Shown: positions 37,201-46,542 of the stretch, piece by piece
Numbering within the stretch: position 1 is the stretch's first letter
Layout: every line of letters begins with the position of its first letter
Assembly: GCA_034667685.1 (NCBI GenBank)
Contig: JAXDQU010000118.1
Location: forward strand, 1-64,000
Reading direction: 5' to 3'
DNA length: 64,000 bases
Origin: Thermoplasmata archaeon
GTDB lineage: Archaea; Thermoplasmatota; SW-10-69-26; JACQPN01; JAJPHT01
Position numbers and translations under genes: made by a program
The notes under the pieces: model-generated
The model's database searches: none
Told to the model about the DNA's origin: nothing
Seen by the model: only the letters and a program-made list of their open reading frames with translations

Positions 37201-37298
37201 CCGTGCCGGATGCTCTTCTCGCGGGCCGCGTGGCGGCTCACTGTCGCGATGGGGAAGTCCACCTCGGCGAGGCGCTTGCACTCTCTCGGGATCGTCAT
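34269..37298 (-). CDS. DUF1156 amino-DNA methyltransferase with Zn ribbon
   Basis: Start ATG 37298; LHLWWARRPL, DPFSGGGSIP (motif I), SDPPYYD (motif IV), CESPNC...CPSC. Confidence 0.94.
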   Translation of the reverse strand: MTIPRECKRLAEVDFPIATVSRHAAREKSIRHGHPSTLHLWWARRPLASSRAVLMALLLPDPCDPACPTDFKEKARAALPRTLTGIGPKDVDLREALLKFIGDFADWNNSAKNAYLKAARTLVRAAHGDEAPLVVDPFSGGGSIPLEALRLGCDTFASDLNPVACIILKNLLENIPRAGPELAHELRNVAQSIRSTADKRLEDFYPIDPDGSRPIAYLWARTVRCESPNCGAEIPLIRSMWLCKKASRRRALRFVESAKPGAERQLEIFEPKKEGDVAKGTVAGGKATCPSCGVTLGVERVRPQLRDQAGGAEVRFDPQDRRIGGARFLAVVCLTPSATGRQYRLASERDYQAVKLAQAAAAKLRSTFIVPGIPTLPNEPVVQAKMAKNSPFRFHLYGIDDFGKLYTSRQKLTLATLGEVVRESGAEPNVKELLALVLDRVASRSSSLCSWRYQADQEKVEHMFVRQALSLEWDFAEAVPISDSTGSFSDGVEVVAQCVEQLATWCDRPGRVEQEDATASPLPDASASVWFSDPPYYDAVPYSDLSDVFYIWLKRDLPGHPLLRDRDDASNVLTPKRREARMDEAREVDGTPKDGVFFEKTMAKAFSEGRRVLREDGVGGVVFAHKTTEGWEALLSGMVKNGWVITGSWPIATEMATRLRARESAALATSIHLICRPREEAATEGDWANVARELPIKVRAWMDRLDNEGVRGADLVFACIGPAMEVYSRYSKVVDAEDREIPLGGDPTASEPYKQGYLAKVWEVVGRLALEQVLGKTGGAGTALEEDARLTALFLWALQGTASEDGNSGGGPDAEEAAEEADDGEEGSGKSAKKKGFSLPYDVVRRFAQPLGIHLETWEGRISETDKGVVRLLPVSERMKQLFGTGGAEAAVGELESSNLRGGVQLTLFPDEPPPSGAPAKKKGAKKAKATVGDDAAGDRSKQVTTLDRVHAAMLLQQSGQTAALRSLLADEKRRGPDFERLANALAALYPKGTDERRLVEAMLLAMPR

Positions 37299-37765
37299 TT
37301 CATGGGCTCCACTTGCAGCAGCTTGGCGATGTAGGCTTGGGGGAGCCCCGCGTCTCGCGCGCCGTCGATGATTAGTTTGAGGTAGGCTGCGCTCGGGACG
37401 TGGACGCCAGGCTGCGGGTTCGCGAAGTAGGTCCACGCGCAGACGGGCGCGCTCGGGTCGCCGTCTCGAAGCACCGTCGCTTCGCGGCGCTCGTAGGAGT
37501 TCTGAGCGGGAGAACGGCCTGCCCTGTAGCCCTCGTGCTTGTCAAGGCTCCTAAGGTCCTCTGCGTCAAGTTCGAAGAGAACGCCCCATGCAGTCTCGCC
37601 AGTCGCTGGAACGAGGCTCGACACGCCGCACTGGCGGTTGGTGGAGAATCGAGGAAACGCGAGGCGGTGGTCGGGGAACGCTGCCTTGCCGACGCGCTTG
37701 GCGTTGGGGCAGCGCTCGCGCATCTGCGATTCGGCCATGTTTGAGCCGTAGGCGAACGCGAGGAT
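37295..37765 (-). CDS. Gamma-glutamylcyclotransferase-like protein with non-canonical (ATC) or mutated start
   Basis: (I)LAFAYGSNM, WGVLFEL, LDKHEG, PSAAYL..I..GA motifs; the conserved N-terminus lies upstream of the first ATG. Confidence 0.85.
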   Translation of the reverse strand: MLAFAYGSNMAESQMRERCPNAKRVGKAAFPDHRLAFPRFSTNRQCGVSSLVPATGETAWGVLFELDAEDLRSLDKHEGYRAGRSPAQNSYERREATVLRDGDPSAPVCAWTYFANPQPGVHVPSAAYLKLIIDGARDAGLPQAYIAKLLQVEPMK

Positions 37766-40700
37766 CTACCTCCCTCCTTCGAGTTCGCGCGTGCTCAATG
37801 TGTAGTGCTGCACCTTCGAGACGCCGATCCACGGCTTCGAGGCAGGGTCCTTGATCGGCTTGAGGTTCTGCGTGGGCTGCTTGCAGCCTGTGACGACGTA
37901 GAGCCAGTAGCAGTCGCGGCGGTCTTGCGCGATGCGGTATTCGTTGGGCGTGAGGAGGATGTTGCCTTCGCTCGCCCCCAGACCCTTGACCTCGATGAGG
38001 CGGAGCTCGCCGCTCTTGAGGTCGATGCTGGTGATGTCGTAGCCGAGGTTCTTCTCGTGGACGTCGAACACTTCGCGGCCCTGTGAGCGTTCATGTTCTA
38101 TCACGTATCGCATCGCGATCTCCTCGGTCTCCTTGTCTTGCCTCAGGTTCCGGATGTCGGGCCGGTCGCGGTCGGGATGCGGCAGGATGAGCACGTTTGT
38201 GAGGCGCTCGACGCCCTGGAGTGTGAGGTGGCGTTGCTTCGCAAGCTCCGCGCGGCGAAGGTCGCGGCGGCTCATCAGCTCAGCGTGGCGATTCTCCGCC
38301 TGGGCGAGGAAGCCTGCCGCCCCCTCTACACCGCTTTCCTTCGCGAGGGCGAAGCGGCCGATCTTGTCGTCCTCCTTCGAAATGAGTTCGGTAAGTGCGA
38401 TCTCGACGTGCTTCGCTACGCGGTCAACCTCGGCGATGCGCTCCATGGAAACCTCGCTGAGGAAGGCCGCGAGAGGCTCTCGGTTCAGGAAGTCGGTCGG
38501 CTCGGGAAGCGTCGCGACCTTGGGCAGGTCGGCCGGCTTCTTCGCAGGCATAAGGTCGCCGAGCGCGGTGGGGTCTCGCAAGCGGGCGTCGCCGTTCTCG
38601 GCGACCTCGACGGCGAAGAGCCGCTCGTGGACCGTGCGCCCCGTGCCGTCCACGACGCGGGCGCGGTAGAAGTCAAGGCGGGCGGGCGCCTGGTGCTCGA
38701 GGGAGAAGAAGGCGGCTCCGTTGGCGAAGTGCGGCTGGGCGGCTTCCCATGTGTGGAGGCGGAGCGCCTCGAAGAGCGGGTGGCCTGGTGTGACCCACTC
38801 AAGGCTTCGCTCCTTCTCGGCCACGAGGCGATCCGTCGTGATGCGGGGATACCGCGTTGCGACGGAGGGAAGCCTCCACTCGGCGCGCGTTTCGAAGCGG
38901 CGCAGCTCCGGCGGGGTGGGCCCCGGATCGTAGGTGTGCGGCATCGAGGCGAGCGGCTTGAGCGAGAGGTTCGCGAGGTTGCTCGTGTCCACGAGGAAGC
39001 GCGCGATGGTCTCCGGGACCATGCGCCGCTCCTGGGCAATGGCACGTCGTTCCAGGAGCATCGGGAGATTCAGCGTACGCTTCGCGAGGCTTTGCTCCAG
39101 GGTGTTCGTGGCGATCTGGCGGAACTTCTGCTCGGTGGCAGGTTCGAGGACGGCGTCCTCGACCTCGGCGTCGCCGAGCTTGCCCGCGTAGTAGTCGCGG
39201 AAGACGCGTTCGATGTGCGCAGCCGGGAAGACTTCGCCCACGACGTTGAAGACGCTGTCGCTGTCGAGCGCGTCGCGGATCTCCTGGAGCCGCTCCAGCA
39301 GACGTTCGAGCACCTTGCCCTCAATGGTGTTCGTCGCTACGAAGTTGAAGATAAGGCAGTCCTTCGTCTGGCCGTAGCGGTGGATACGGCCCATGCGCTG
39401 CTCCAGGCGGTTGGGGTTCCACGGGATGTCGTAGTTGACCATCTGATTGCAGAACTGGAGGTTGATGCCTTCCCCGGCAGCCTCGGTCGCCACGAGGATC
39501 TGGACAGCTCCTTCGCGGAATTGCTGTTCCATGAAGAGGCGCGTGCCGGGCTCGTCTCGGCTGCCGGGCTTCATACCGCCGTGGATAAATCCGACCGTGA
39601 GGCCCCACTTTCGGAGGGTCTCCACGAGGTAGTCCAGCGTGTCCTTGAATTCCGTGAAGATGAGGAGCCGCTGGTCCTTGTTCCGGATGAAGCCCTCGTC
39701 CGTGAGCAGATGTTCCAAACGAGCGAGCTTCGCCTCTTCACCTGTATTCATGACGTCTTGCGCCTGGAGAGCGAGCTGCCGAAGTTGCGAAACCTCCTCA
39801 GAGATGAACTGCCGGTTCTGTGTGAGGACAACAGCTTCGACCTTCTTTTCCATTGCCTCGCGCTCACCTGCTTCCATTTCTTCCATTTCGTCGGCGTCGG
39901 GGATGTCGGTAGGGTTGTCCTTGAGAAAATCGTCGGCGCGGGAGAGCTTCTTTTCCAGAAGGTCCGCACGGCGCTCAAGGGATTGGCGAAGGGCGTAGGT
40001 GCTGCTGGCGAGGCGGCGCTGGTAGAGCGCCATGAGGAAACCGGTAGCTCGGGCGCGCGGATCATCTTGGGCTTGTGCCGCTGCGCGGTGGCTCATGCGG
40101 CGGACAAAGTTGGTGACACTCGCGTAGAGTGCGTATTCATCGCCGTCGATGTTGAACGATGCGGTGCGTGGGATGCGCTTGGTGAACAGGTTGCGTGCGC
40201 GCCATAGCCCATCAGCCCCCTGTTCGGGGAAGAACTTCATTGCTTCCTTTGTCCGGCGCAGATAGAACGGCGCCACGCCATTCTTCATCGCCTCCTCGAT
40301 GCTGCGCACATGAGCGAAAGCATCGCGGTCGAGAAGCTGAAGAAAGAGCGTGAAATTGACCGGGTCGCCCTTGTGGGGCGTCGCAGTCAGCAGAAGAATG
40401 TTGCCTGCGTGGTCGCGCAGTAGTTCGCCGAGTCTGTATCGCTCGCTCTTCTTGTCTTCGGACGATGCGCTCATGCGGTGCGCCTCGTCGATGATGACAA
40501 GGTCCCACTCGACTTGCTTGAGACCCGGGAGAACGTCTTCGCGCTTCGCGAGGTCGAGACTTGTGAGGATCTGTTTGTTCTCTTTCCAAGGGTTGACGCC
40601 GAATTGGCTCCGGAGTTCCCCACCACGCAACACGACAAATTGCTCGCCGAAGCGGTCCTTCAACTCGCGTTGCCACTGGAACGTGAGGTTCGCGGGCGTG

Positions 40701-41170
40701 ACGATAAGGACGCGCTCGGCAAGGCCCCGGAGTTTCAACTCCCGAAGGAGAAGGCCCGACATGATGGTCTTCCCCGCGCCCGCATCGTCCGCTAGGAGAA
40801 AGCGGATCGTCGGGAGTCTGAGCATGTGGTCATAGACGGCCTCAAGTTGGTGCGGGAGGGGATCCACCCGGCTGATGCTCAGGCCAAAGAAGGGATCGAA
40901 TTCGTAGGCAATCCCGAGCGAGTAGGCGCTGATCCCAAGACGCAGGAGTGTGCCGTCGCCGTCATAGGTCGCGGTTGCCGAGCGGATGGTGACGCGAGCG
41001 AGCTGGTCGCGCGTGAGACGCACGCGGGTGAAGCGCTCGGAGCGTCGACCTGAGAGGCCAAGAGTCCAAGCATCAGGACCATCCGGTGTGACCGTCTCAA
41101 CTCGCATGGGCTCGTTGAAGAGGTCGCCCTCGATGACTTGGCCGGCCTCGATACGAACGAACTGCTCCAC
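37766..41170 (-). CDS. SNF2-family helicase with C-terminal DUF3883 (PD-(D/E)xK) nuclease domain
   Basis: LADDAGAGKT, IIDEAH, LTATPH, GEGINLQ, EQRMGRIHRYGQ; C-terminal GYDITS...IEVKG. Confidence 0.95.
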   Translation of the reverse strand: MEQFVRIEAGQVIEGDLFNEPMRVETVTPDGPDAWTLGLSGRRSERFTRVRLTRDQLARVTIRSATATYDGDGTLLRLGISAYSLGIAYEFDPFFGLSISRVDPLPHQLEAVYDHMLRLPTIRFLLADDAGAGKTIMSGLLLRELKLRGLAERVLIVTPANLTFQWQRELKDRFGEQFVVLRGGELRSQFGVNPWKENKQILTSLDLAKREDVLPGLKQVEWDLVIIDEAHRMSASSEDKKSERYRLGELLRDHAGNILLLTATPHKGDPVNFTLFLQLLDRDAFAHVRSIEEAMKNGVAPFYLRRTKEAMKFFPEQGADGLWRARNLFTKRIPRTASFNIDGDEYALYASVTNFVRRMSHRAAAQAQDDPRARATGFLMALYQRRLASSTYALRQSLERRADLLEKKLSRADDFLKDNPTDIPDADEMEEMEAGEREAMEKKVEAVVLTQNRQFISEEVSQLRQLALQAQDVMNTGEEAKLARLEHLLTDEGFIRNKDQRLLIFTEFKDTLDYLVETLRKWGLTVGFIHGGMKPGSRDEPGTRLFMEQQFREGAVQILVATEAAGEGINLQFCNQMVNYDIPWNPNRLEQRMGRIHRYGQTKDCLIFNFVATNTIEGKVLERLLERLQEIRDALDSDSVFNVVGEVFPAAHIERVFRDYYAGKLGDAEVEDAVLEPATEQKFRQIATNTLEQSLAKRTLNLPMLLERRAIAQERRMVPETIARFLVDTSNLANLSLKPLASMPHTYDPGPTPPELRRFETRAEWRLPSVATRYPRITTDRLVAEKERSLEWVTPGHPLFEALRLHTWEAAQPHFANGAAFFSLEHQAPARLDFYRARVVDGTGRTVHERLFAVEVAENGDARLRDPTALGDLMPAKKPADLPKVATLPEPTDFLNREPLAAFLSEVSMERIAEVDRVAKHVEIALTELISKEDDKIGRFALAKESGVEGAAGFLAQAENRHAELMSRRDLRRAELAKQRHLTLQGVERLTNVLILPHPDRDRPDIRNLRQDKETEEIAMRYVIEHERSQGREVFDVHEKNLGYDITSIDLKSGELRLIEVKGLGASEGNILLTPNEYRIAQDRRDCYWLYVVTGCKQPTQNLKPIKDPASKPWIGVSKVQHYTLSTRELEGGR

Positions 41171-41686
41171 CGGAAATCACCCTTACCGCGCTTGATTGCC
41201 AGAGCAGATCGAGGCGCGGGGCCTTTCGGCCCGGAAAGTTCGCATGTCTCTTTAAACCCGACCCCCTGAAGCGGGGCAGGGGTTCAGCAGGGGCTCCGAC
41301 CATTTACCCCGCGGGCAAGAACAACCAGCCGCACTCTACGGGGCGCCCGGGCTCGCGCCGTTGCCGCCGAAGGCCCCCCCAGCCGAGGCGGCCATGAAAC
41401 GGGTGGAAATAACTTTGGGCGTATTTCACTGAAACAGCGCTTGTCAAGCCGCGCGGCGCGATGCGCACACCGCGAACTGGTACCGGCGGGAAGAGGTAGG
41501 AATCAGCGCGGATCCGCCACGCGGCTTCATCCAGCGCCTTCCCGCACGCATACTGGCGCCACCATTCCGCCGCAGGGTGTCACTCAAGTCCGGGTTCGTC
41601 GGGATCACTTGAACCAGGAGCGGCGGGGAGTATTCCCTGCGCTCGAGATGCTCCGATGACCTTTCGCCCGGACGCGGCCGAAGTCG

Positions 41687-42439
41687 CTATGAAGTGGTTT
41701 CTCCGTCCTCTTCGTCGTTCCGAATCTGACGATCGCGGGGTAGGCCATAGGTCGCGCGGTAGGATTCGACGCTGCCGTGGATCATGGGGTTGTACGGTGG
41801 CCGCTTCACAAGGTCGACCGGACGACGCGCCGCCGAGCGTGCAGATCCGGGGACACGGGCAGCGGCAAAGCCCAGGCGTAGGAGGAACGCCTCAGGCGGC
41901 TGCCGCAGTTCCTTCACCAACGCATGAAACAGGAGACTCGGCGGTCGGGACGCGGACTTCTGCGGTCCCGCTGGCGGTGCTGCGGGCGGTCTCGTAGCGC
42001 GACGACGTGAGACCCTGTTCGTCAGAGGAAGATCTGGAAAAGGCCCCAGCGTCTCGACGTCCACGAGCGGCTCCTGGGCAACGGGCGACGGCCACGCCAT
42101 TTCAGAAATGAACGGCGGGGGCTCCCCAGGATCGACCATGAGCTGATGCACAATCAGGTCTGTCGGGGTGAGCCGCTCGCTGGGAACCGTCCAGGGCGAA
42201 GGTAGAGCGCGTTTGGCGGTTGGGAGGTTCGCTGGGTTCTTTGCGCACTTGCCCTGGTGAGGGGGGAGCTTGTGCGGTTCGAACTTCAGGCCGCACCAGC
42301 GGCAGGGCGGGTCGGGGTTGTCGTCGCAGCGCTGCTTGTGCCGCCACATCGCCATGTGGTTCTTGCACGTCCAGCCGCAATGGGGACAATCTTCGGGCTG
42401 CGTGAGATCGCGCGGCAGCGCACATGCCATCTCAGGCAT
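41687..42439 (-). CDS. Protein with two tandem C2HC zinc fingers and a Pro-rich tail
   Basis: CPHC-x12-H-x3-C and CRWC-x11-H-x3-C; the C-terminal half is of uncertain coding status. Confidence 0.6.
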   Translation of the reverse strand: MPEMACALPRDLTQPEDCPHCGWTCKNHMAMWRHKQRCDDNPDPPCRWCGLKFEPHKLPPHQGKCAKNPANLPTAKRALPSPWTVPSERLTPTDLIVHQLMVDPGEPPPFISEMAWPSPVAQEPLVDVETLGPFPDLPLTNRVSRRRATRPPAAPPAGPQKSASRPPSLLFHALVKELRQPPEAFLLRLGFAAARVPGSARSAARRPVDLVKRPPYNPMIHGSVESYRATYGLPRDRQIRNDEEDGETTS

Positions 42440-43103
42440 GTCCTACTTGTGGGCGAGAGGGGTCTTGAAACTCGCGCCCTGGATGAGAGATGGGCGCGCA
42501 CGCCCGCGCTCCATTGGCTTTCTGCTTTGTCCTCTTTTTCCCGGGAGAGGAACGTTCCTGGCCCCGTGCTGGGAACGGTACTGGGTCCGAATGTTCATAA
42601 TCCACCTGACGCACACTCGCTCAGAGACAAGTTTGGCATCCGCCCTTTCTTCTGCACGATGAGGAAGCGCGCGAGAGTGCTCCGGCGCTCGTGCGTCCAC
42701 CCCCGCGAGCCAAGCGCCGCGGGCGGGAGTCGGTGTTGATTCGTCCGCCGACGATCGGCCGCTCCGGCGGCTGATTTCCTCCGCAGCGTTGGGCGCGGGT
42801 GCCCTGATCGACCCGACGAGAACCCCCACGCTCACGGAAGCTGATCACGATGATGCACTTCACGTACGCGCCCGAGCGGCAGCTTTCCCCCGCTCCGTGC
42901 GCAACCAACGTTCCTGCGCAGCGGAGTGACGCCGCTGCGGCAGCGATTGGAGGTTGACGCCACATGGCGAACCGTTCCATCGAAGGAGACGCGCTGCTGG
43001 CGGTCCTGACGCAGCAAGTGGACCGCCGCGGTCGATCCGCCCCCGTTCTCTTCCCCCCGCCGAACGTCGCATTTGAGCTCCTCGATCCGCAGGGGAAGGT
43101 CTG

Positions 43104-44480
43104 ATGGCGCGGCATGTCGCGAAGTCCCGCCCGCCAGGGCTCCCCATTGCAGAAATGGCTTCCACCGCGGACCTCGGTGTCCATGCCGTCCACGCGCGCT
43201 TGGGCAGCGACGAGGACGCGCCCGAGATCCTCATCGAGCCCGGCCGCTTCAACCGCGCCGTGAAACTGGCAGAAAAGCGTGGGCAGATCATGCGGCAGCG
43301 CGACTTCTACCGCGTCCGCAGCCAAAGCGGCGGCGGGAGCTACATGGTCGAGGAACAAGGCCGCTTGTGGCTCTGCGAGTGCGCCGACGCGTCCCCGCTC
43401 CGCCCGTGCCAGCATGTCTTGGGCGTCCTCCTCTACCTTGACGTGCTGCCCTTCCCGCACGAGGTAGGGGAGCCCGTCAAGCCGCAGCCGGGTGGCGGGG
43501 TCGATTGGGCCGCCTATGTCAAGGCGGAGCGGTCGCTTGGCGAGCAGATGCCTCGTTTCGCGTGGCGCCTCTTCGAACAGCTACCTACACCGGAGCGCTT
43601 CGGCCGCGGCCGTCCGCCAATACCGCAGACCGACAGCCTGCTCTGCGCGCTGATGTGGAGCATCAGCCAGAAGAACGCGCGGCAAGAGCAAGCGACACGC
43701 GACCGTCTCTTCGAAGACGGACTGCTGAGTCGCACGGTCGCACCGAACGACGTGAGCCGAACGCTCGTGGACAAGGCGACCACACCGCTGCTGCAAGAAG
43801 CCCTACGGCGAAGCCGGGAGCCATTCGCCGCGGTTGACGCGGAATCCTCGCCCTTGACGCTGGACGTCATGGGAGACACCTTCGCCGTCGATTCAACCGG
43901 CTTCACGCCCTCCAGGCGCGGCCACTACAACACAAGCAAGCATGGGCCTTCAACGCCGCTGCCCTGGCTAAAGTGCCACCTGATGATCTCGACCAAGGCG
44001 CACTTAATCACGAGCGCGCGGATTACGAGCAGCCACGGCAAAGGAACCGGCGACTCATCGCAATTCGCCCCGCTCCTGACGGAAACGGCGGAAGAGTTCC
44101 CCGTTGGCGTAATCGTGGGCGACGGCGCGTATGCCAGCCGCGCAAACGTCACCGCGGTTCGGGACGTCGGCGCGAAGCCCTTCTTCCGCTTGGCGAAAAA
44201 CACGATTTCAAAACAGCTTGGCGCACCTGGATGGGCGGACATGGTAGCGTTCTTCACGCTGCACCGCGCCGAGTTCGACCGCATCTATCACAGGCGGTCA
44301 CTCGTGGAGAGCGTCAACAGCGCCATCAAGCGCCGCTTCGGAGAATCGTTGAGGAGCAGGACCGCCACGAGCCGCGTCAACGAGTTGCTGTGCAAGCTCC
44401 TGGCCTACAACCTCGTGGTCCTTGTGCAGCAGCTCCACTTCCTGCACGCAGAGGACGAGTGGTTGGACCGCATCCTCTGA
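43104..44480 (+). CDS. DDE transposase (IS4/IS5 superfamily fold) with N-terminal SWIM zinc finger
   Basis: CECAD...PCQH (SWIM); AVDSTGF, WLKCH, GDGAY, YHRRSLVES..S.IKRRFGE.LRSR. Confidence 0.92.
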   Translation: MARHVAKSRPPGLPIAEMASTADLGVHAVHARLGSDEDAPEILIEPGRFNRAVKLAEKRGQIMRQRDFYRVRSQSGGGSYMVEEQGRLWLCECADASPLRPCQHVLGVLLYLDVLPFPHEVGEPVKPQPGGGVDWAAYVKAERSLGEQMPRFAWRLFEQLPTPERFGRGRPPIPQTDSLLCALMWSISQKNARQEQATRDRLFEDGLLSRTVAPNDVSRTLVDKATTPLLQEALRRSREPFAAVDAESSPLTLDVMGDTFAVDSTGFTPSRRGHYNTSKHGPSTPLPWLKCHLMISTKAHLITSARITSSHGKGTGDSSQFAPLLTETAEEFPVGVIVGDGAYASRANVTAVRDVGAKPFFRLAKNTISKQLGAPGWADMVAFFTLHRAEFDRIYHRRSLVESVNSAIKRRFGESLRSRTATSRVNELLCKLLAYNLVVLVQQLHFLHAEDEWLDRIL

Positions 44481-44519
44481 TGCGGCAGGACTTTCAAGCG
44501 GTACGAGCGATGCGGCTGC

Positions 44520-45509
44520 GTGGAAGGCGCGGACGAGGCGAAGGCGCTTCTGAAGGGCGTCGAGTGGTTCTATCATTGGGAAGACGAGCGGGGCGAGCGG
44601 CGGCGCTTGGAGGTGTGGTATCGCCTGCGCGTGGGCTCGCAGGCGCGGCGGCAGGTCGTCGTGCCGTGGAGCGATTTGGAGGCGAGCGTGCGTCGTCGCC
44701 TAGATGCTCTCGTGGCGTGGGTCATGCCGCAGCTTCCCAAGCCCGCATCCTACGAGATCATGGGCCGCCGTCACGAGCCGCGCCTGAGCTTCGACTACCT
44801 CTTCCTGCACGTTCACGGCGAGACAGACCACAAGGACCCCTTGACGGTGGGTTCCTGCGTGTGGACCGCACCGGGCAAGAACGACCCGCAGCGCGATCAA
44901 TATTGGAGGGCGGACCAGCTCGCGGGAGAGGTTGAGGAAATCCGCCGCAGCCTCGTTCCCCTCGCGTGGCGCGTCGTCTTGGCCGATGTGGCCCAAACGC
45001 ACGAGGTTCCGCCAAAGGAAGCCCGACCCTATCTTCCGCTGCTCGTGTACGTCGCCTATCGCGCCCCCACGGGGGAACGCCTCGCGCGAAGCATCACGGA
45101 CTACCTTTCCGCGCGGGGGCTCTTGCCGTGGTTCGATCAGGAAGTCATCGGCACAGGCGATTCTCTCACCGAAGCGATGCGGCGCGGCATCATGGATTCC
45201 AGCGCGGCCGTCGTCATCTTCACCCCCGACTTCAAGGACGGGAAGAACCTGCGGCTGGAAATCGAGCAGATCAACGCGCGGCTGCAACGCGATTCCGACT
45301 TCAAGCTCATCCCGGTGCGCGTCGGCCTCAACCATGATGAGCTTCCGCCGCTGCACGGGAACCCCCGCTCGGAATACGTCCACGATGCCGATGATCCCAA
45401 GTTGACCGACGTCCTCGTTAACGTCCATCGCGGAATCCTTGGCATGGCCCGCAAGGAAGGCGAGGGAGGAGCCGAAGGCTCAATCGACGTTGCGGGTGCG
45501 CAACGATAG
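44520..45509 (+). CDS. C-terminal TIR-domain protein
   Basis: VYVAY...PWFDQEVIGTGDSL...IMDSSAAVVIFTPDF...RLEI (catalytic-position Glu)...LIPVRV. Confidence 0.85.
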   Translation: MEGADEAKALLKGVEWFYHWEDERGERRRLEVWYRLRVGSQARRQVVVPWSDLEASVRRRLDALVAWVMPQLPKPASYEIMGRRHEPRLSFDYLFLHVHGETDHKDPLTVGSCVWTAPGKNDPQRDQYWRADQLAGEVEEIRRSLVPLAWRVVLADVAQTHEVPPKEARPYLPLLVYVAYRAPTGERLARSITDYLSARGLLPWFDQEVIGTGDSLTEAMRRGIMDSSAAVVIFTPDFKDGKNLRLEIEQINARLQRDSDFKLIPVRVGLNHDELPPLHGNPRSEYVHDADDPKLTDVLVNVHRGILGMARKEGEGGAEGSIDVAGAQR

Positions 45510-45536
45510 GACGCGCCGCTTGGTGGCGGCGGATCG

Positions 45537-46466
45537 GTGGAGGTCGCGGCAAACTACCCGCGACGTAAGCCCGGGCAGGGTGAAATCGAAAGCTTGACTC
45601 TCCCCGCTTGGGCTGCCGCGGTCTTGCAGGCGGACTTCTCGGAATCCACCTTCGGATTCGGCGTGGCACACGCGATCCAGCGCGTCGCTGACACCAGCAA
45701 GATGGGGCCACCCATCTTCCCCTCCCTGCGGCAGGAGAAACGCCTCGGCTTCGACGTGGCCTTCCCCGGCCTTCACTTGTTCCTTCAGTTCAAGCTAAGC
45801 CAACGCATGACGCGGGCGAACGCACTCCAATGGAAAAGCCACTGGAACAAGGAATACCTCCGCTTCGACCTGCGCCACAAGTCGCCCCGCGACTCGCAGC
45901 ACAACCTCCTCGCGCGCTTCAGCGCGTCGTTTCCTTACTTCATCGTCCGCTACTGCGCACCCCTGTTCGTCTCAGGACGCGACTTCACGACGTACCACGT
46001 CCGCCGGACTCTGTTGGAAAACTGCCTGTGGCTCGACCCCGCCCGCCTCGGGACGCTGAAGGACCGTGATCGGCATTGCGTGACGTTCCTCCGCGACGCC
46101 TCCGGCGTGACCTACCACCGGCACTCGGAAGAAGAAACGGGCGGACGAGCCGCCTTCGCGGAAGAGGACTTGCGGGGCGCCATCGCACAGCACACTGAAA
46201 CGCACCCGCTGGAGCGCCGCCGCATCGACGCAAGCGAAATCCGGCGCGTCCACGGTACGCTTCTTCAGATGGCGCAGGAGCGGTATCACCAGCTCGCAGA
46301 AACGGGCACGCGAGCCGAGCGGAAAATGGCAACCGAACGCCTCTCAGTCTTGGGCGAGCCTCGGACGGACGTGAAGCCGCGGGAGCTTGTGGAACGGATT
46401 TCGCTCCTGGCGAGCGTGGAGCTTGGCGCCGAGTGGATCATCCTCCCCGACACCGGGGAAGCTTAG
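45537..46466 (+). CDS. Putative PD-(D/E)xK restriction-like nuclease (start may be ~45624)
   Basis: FPSLRQEKRLGFDV...LFLQFK = E...D...QxK pattern. Confidence 0.65.
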   Translation: MEVAANYPRRKPGQGEIESLTLPAWAAAVLQADFSESTFGFGVAHAIQRVADTSKMGPPIFPSLRQEKRLGFDVAFPGLHLFLQFKLSQRMTRANALQWKSHWNKEYLRFDLRHKSPRDSQHNLLARFSASFPYFIVRYCAPLFVSGRDFTTYHVRRTLLENCLWLDPARLGTLKDRDRHCVTFLRDASGVTYHRHSEEETGGRAAFAEEDLRGAIAQHTETHPLERRRIDASEIRRVHGTLLQMAQERYHQLAETGTRAERKMATERLSVLGEPRTDVKPRELVERISLLASVELGAEWIILPDTGEA

Positions 46467-46542
46467 GGGTGATTCGGTCGCCGGGCAGCCGACCGCTTGC
46501 CCCCAAGCAGGCTTTTAGACCCGATGTTTTCCCTTCTGCGTC

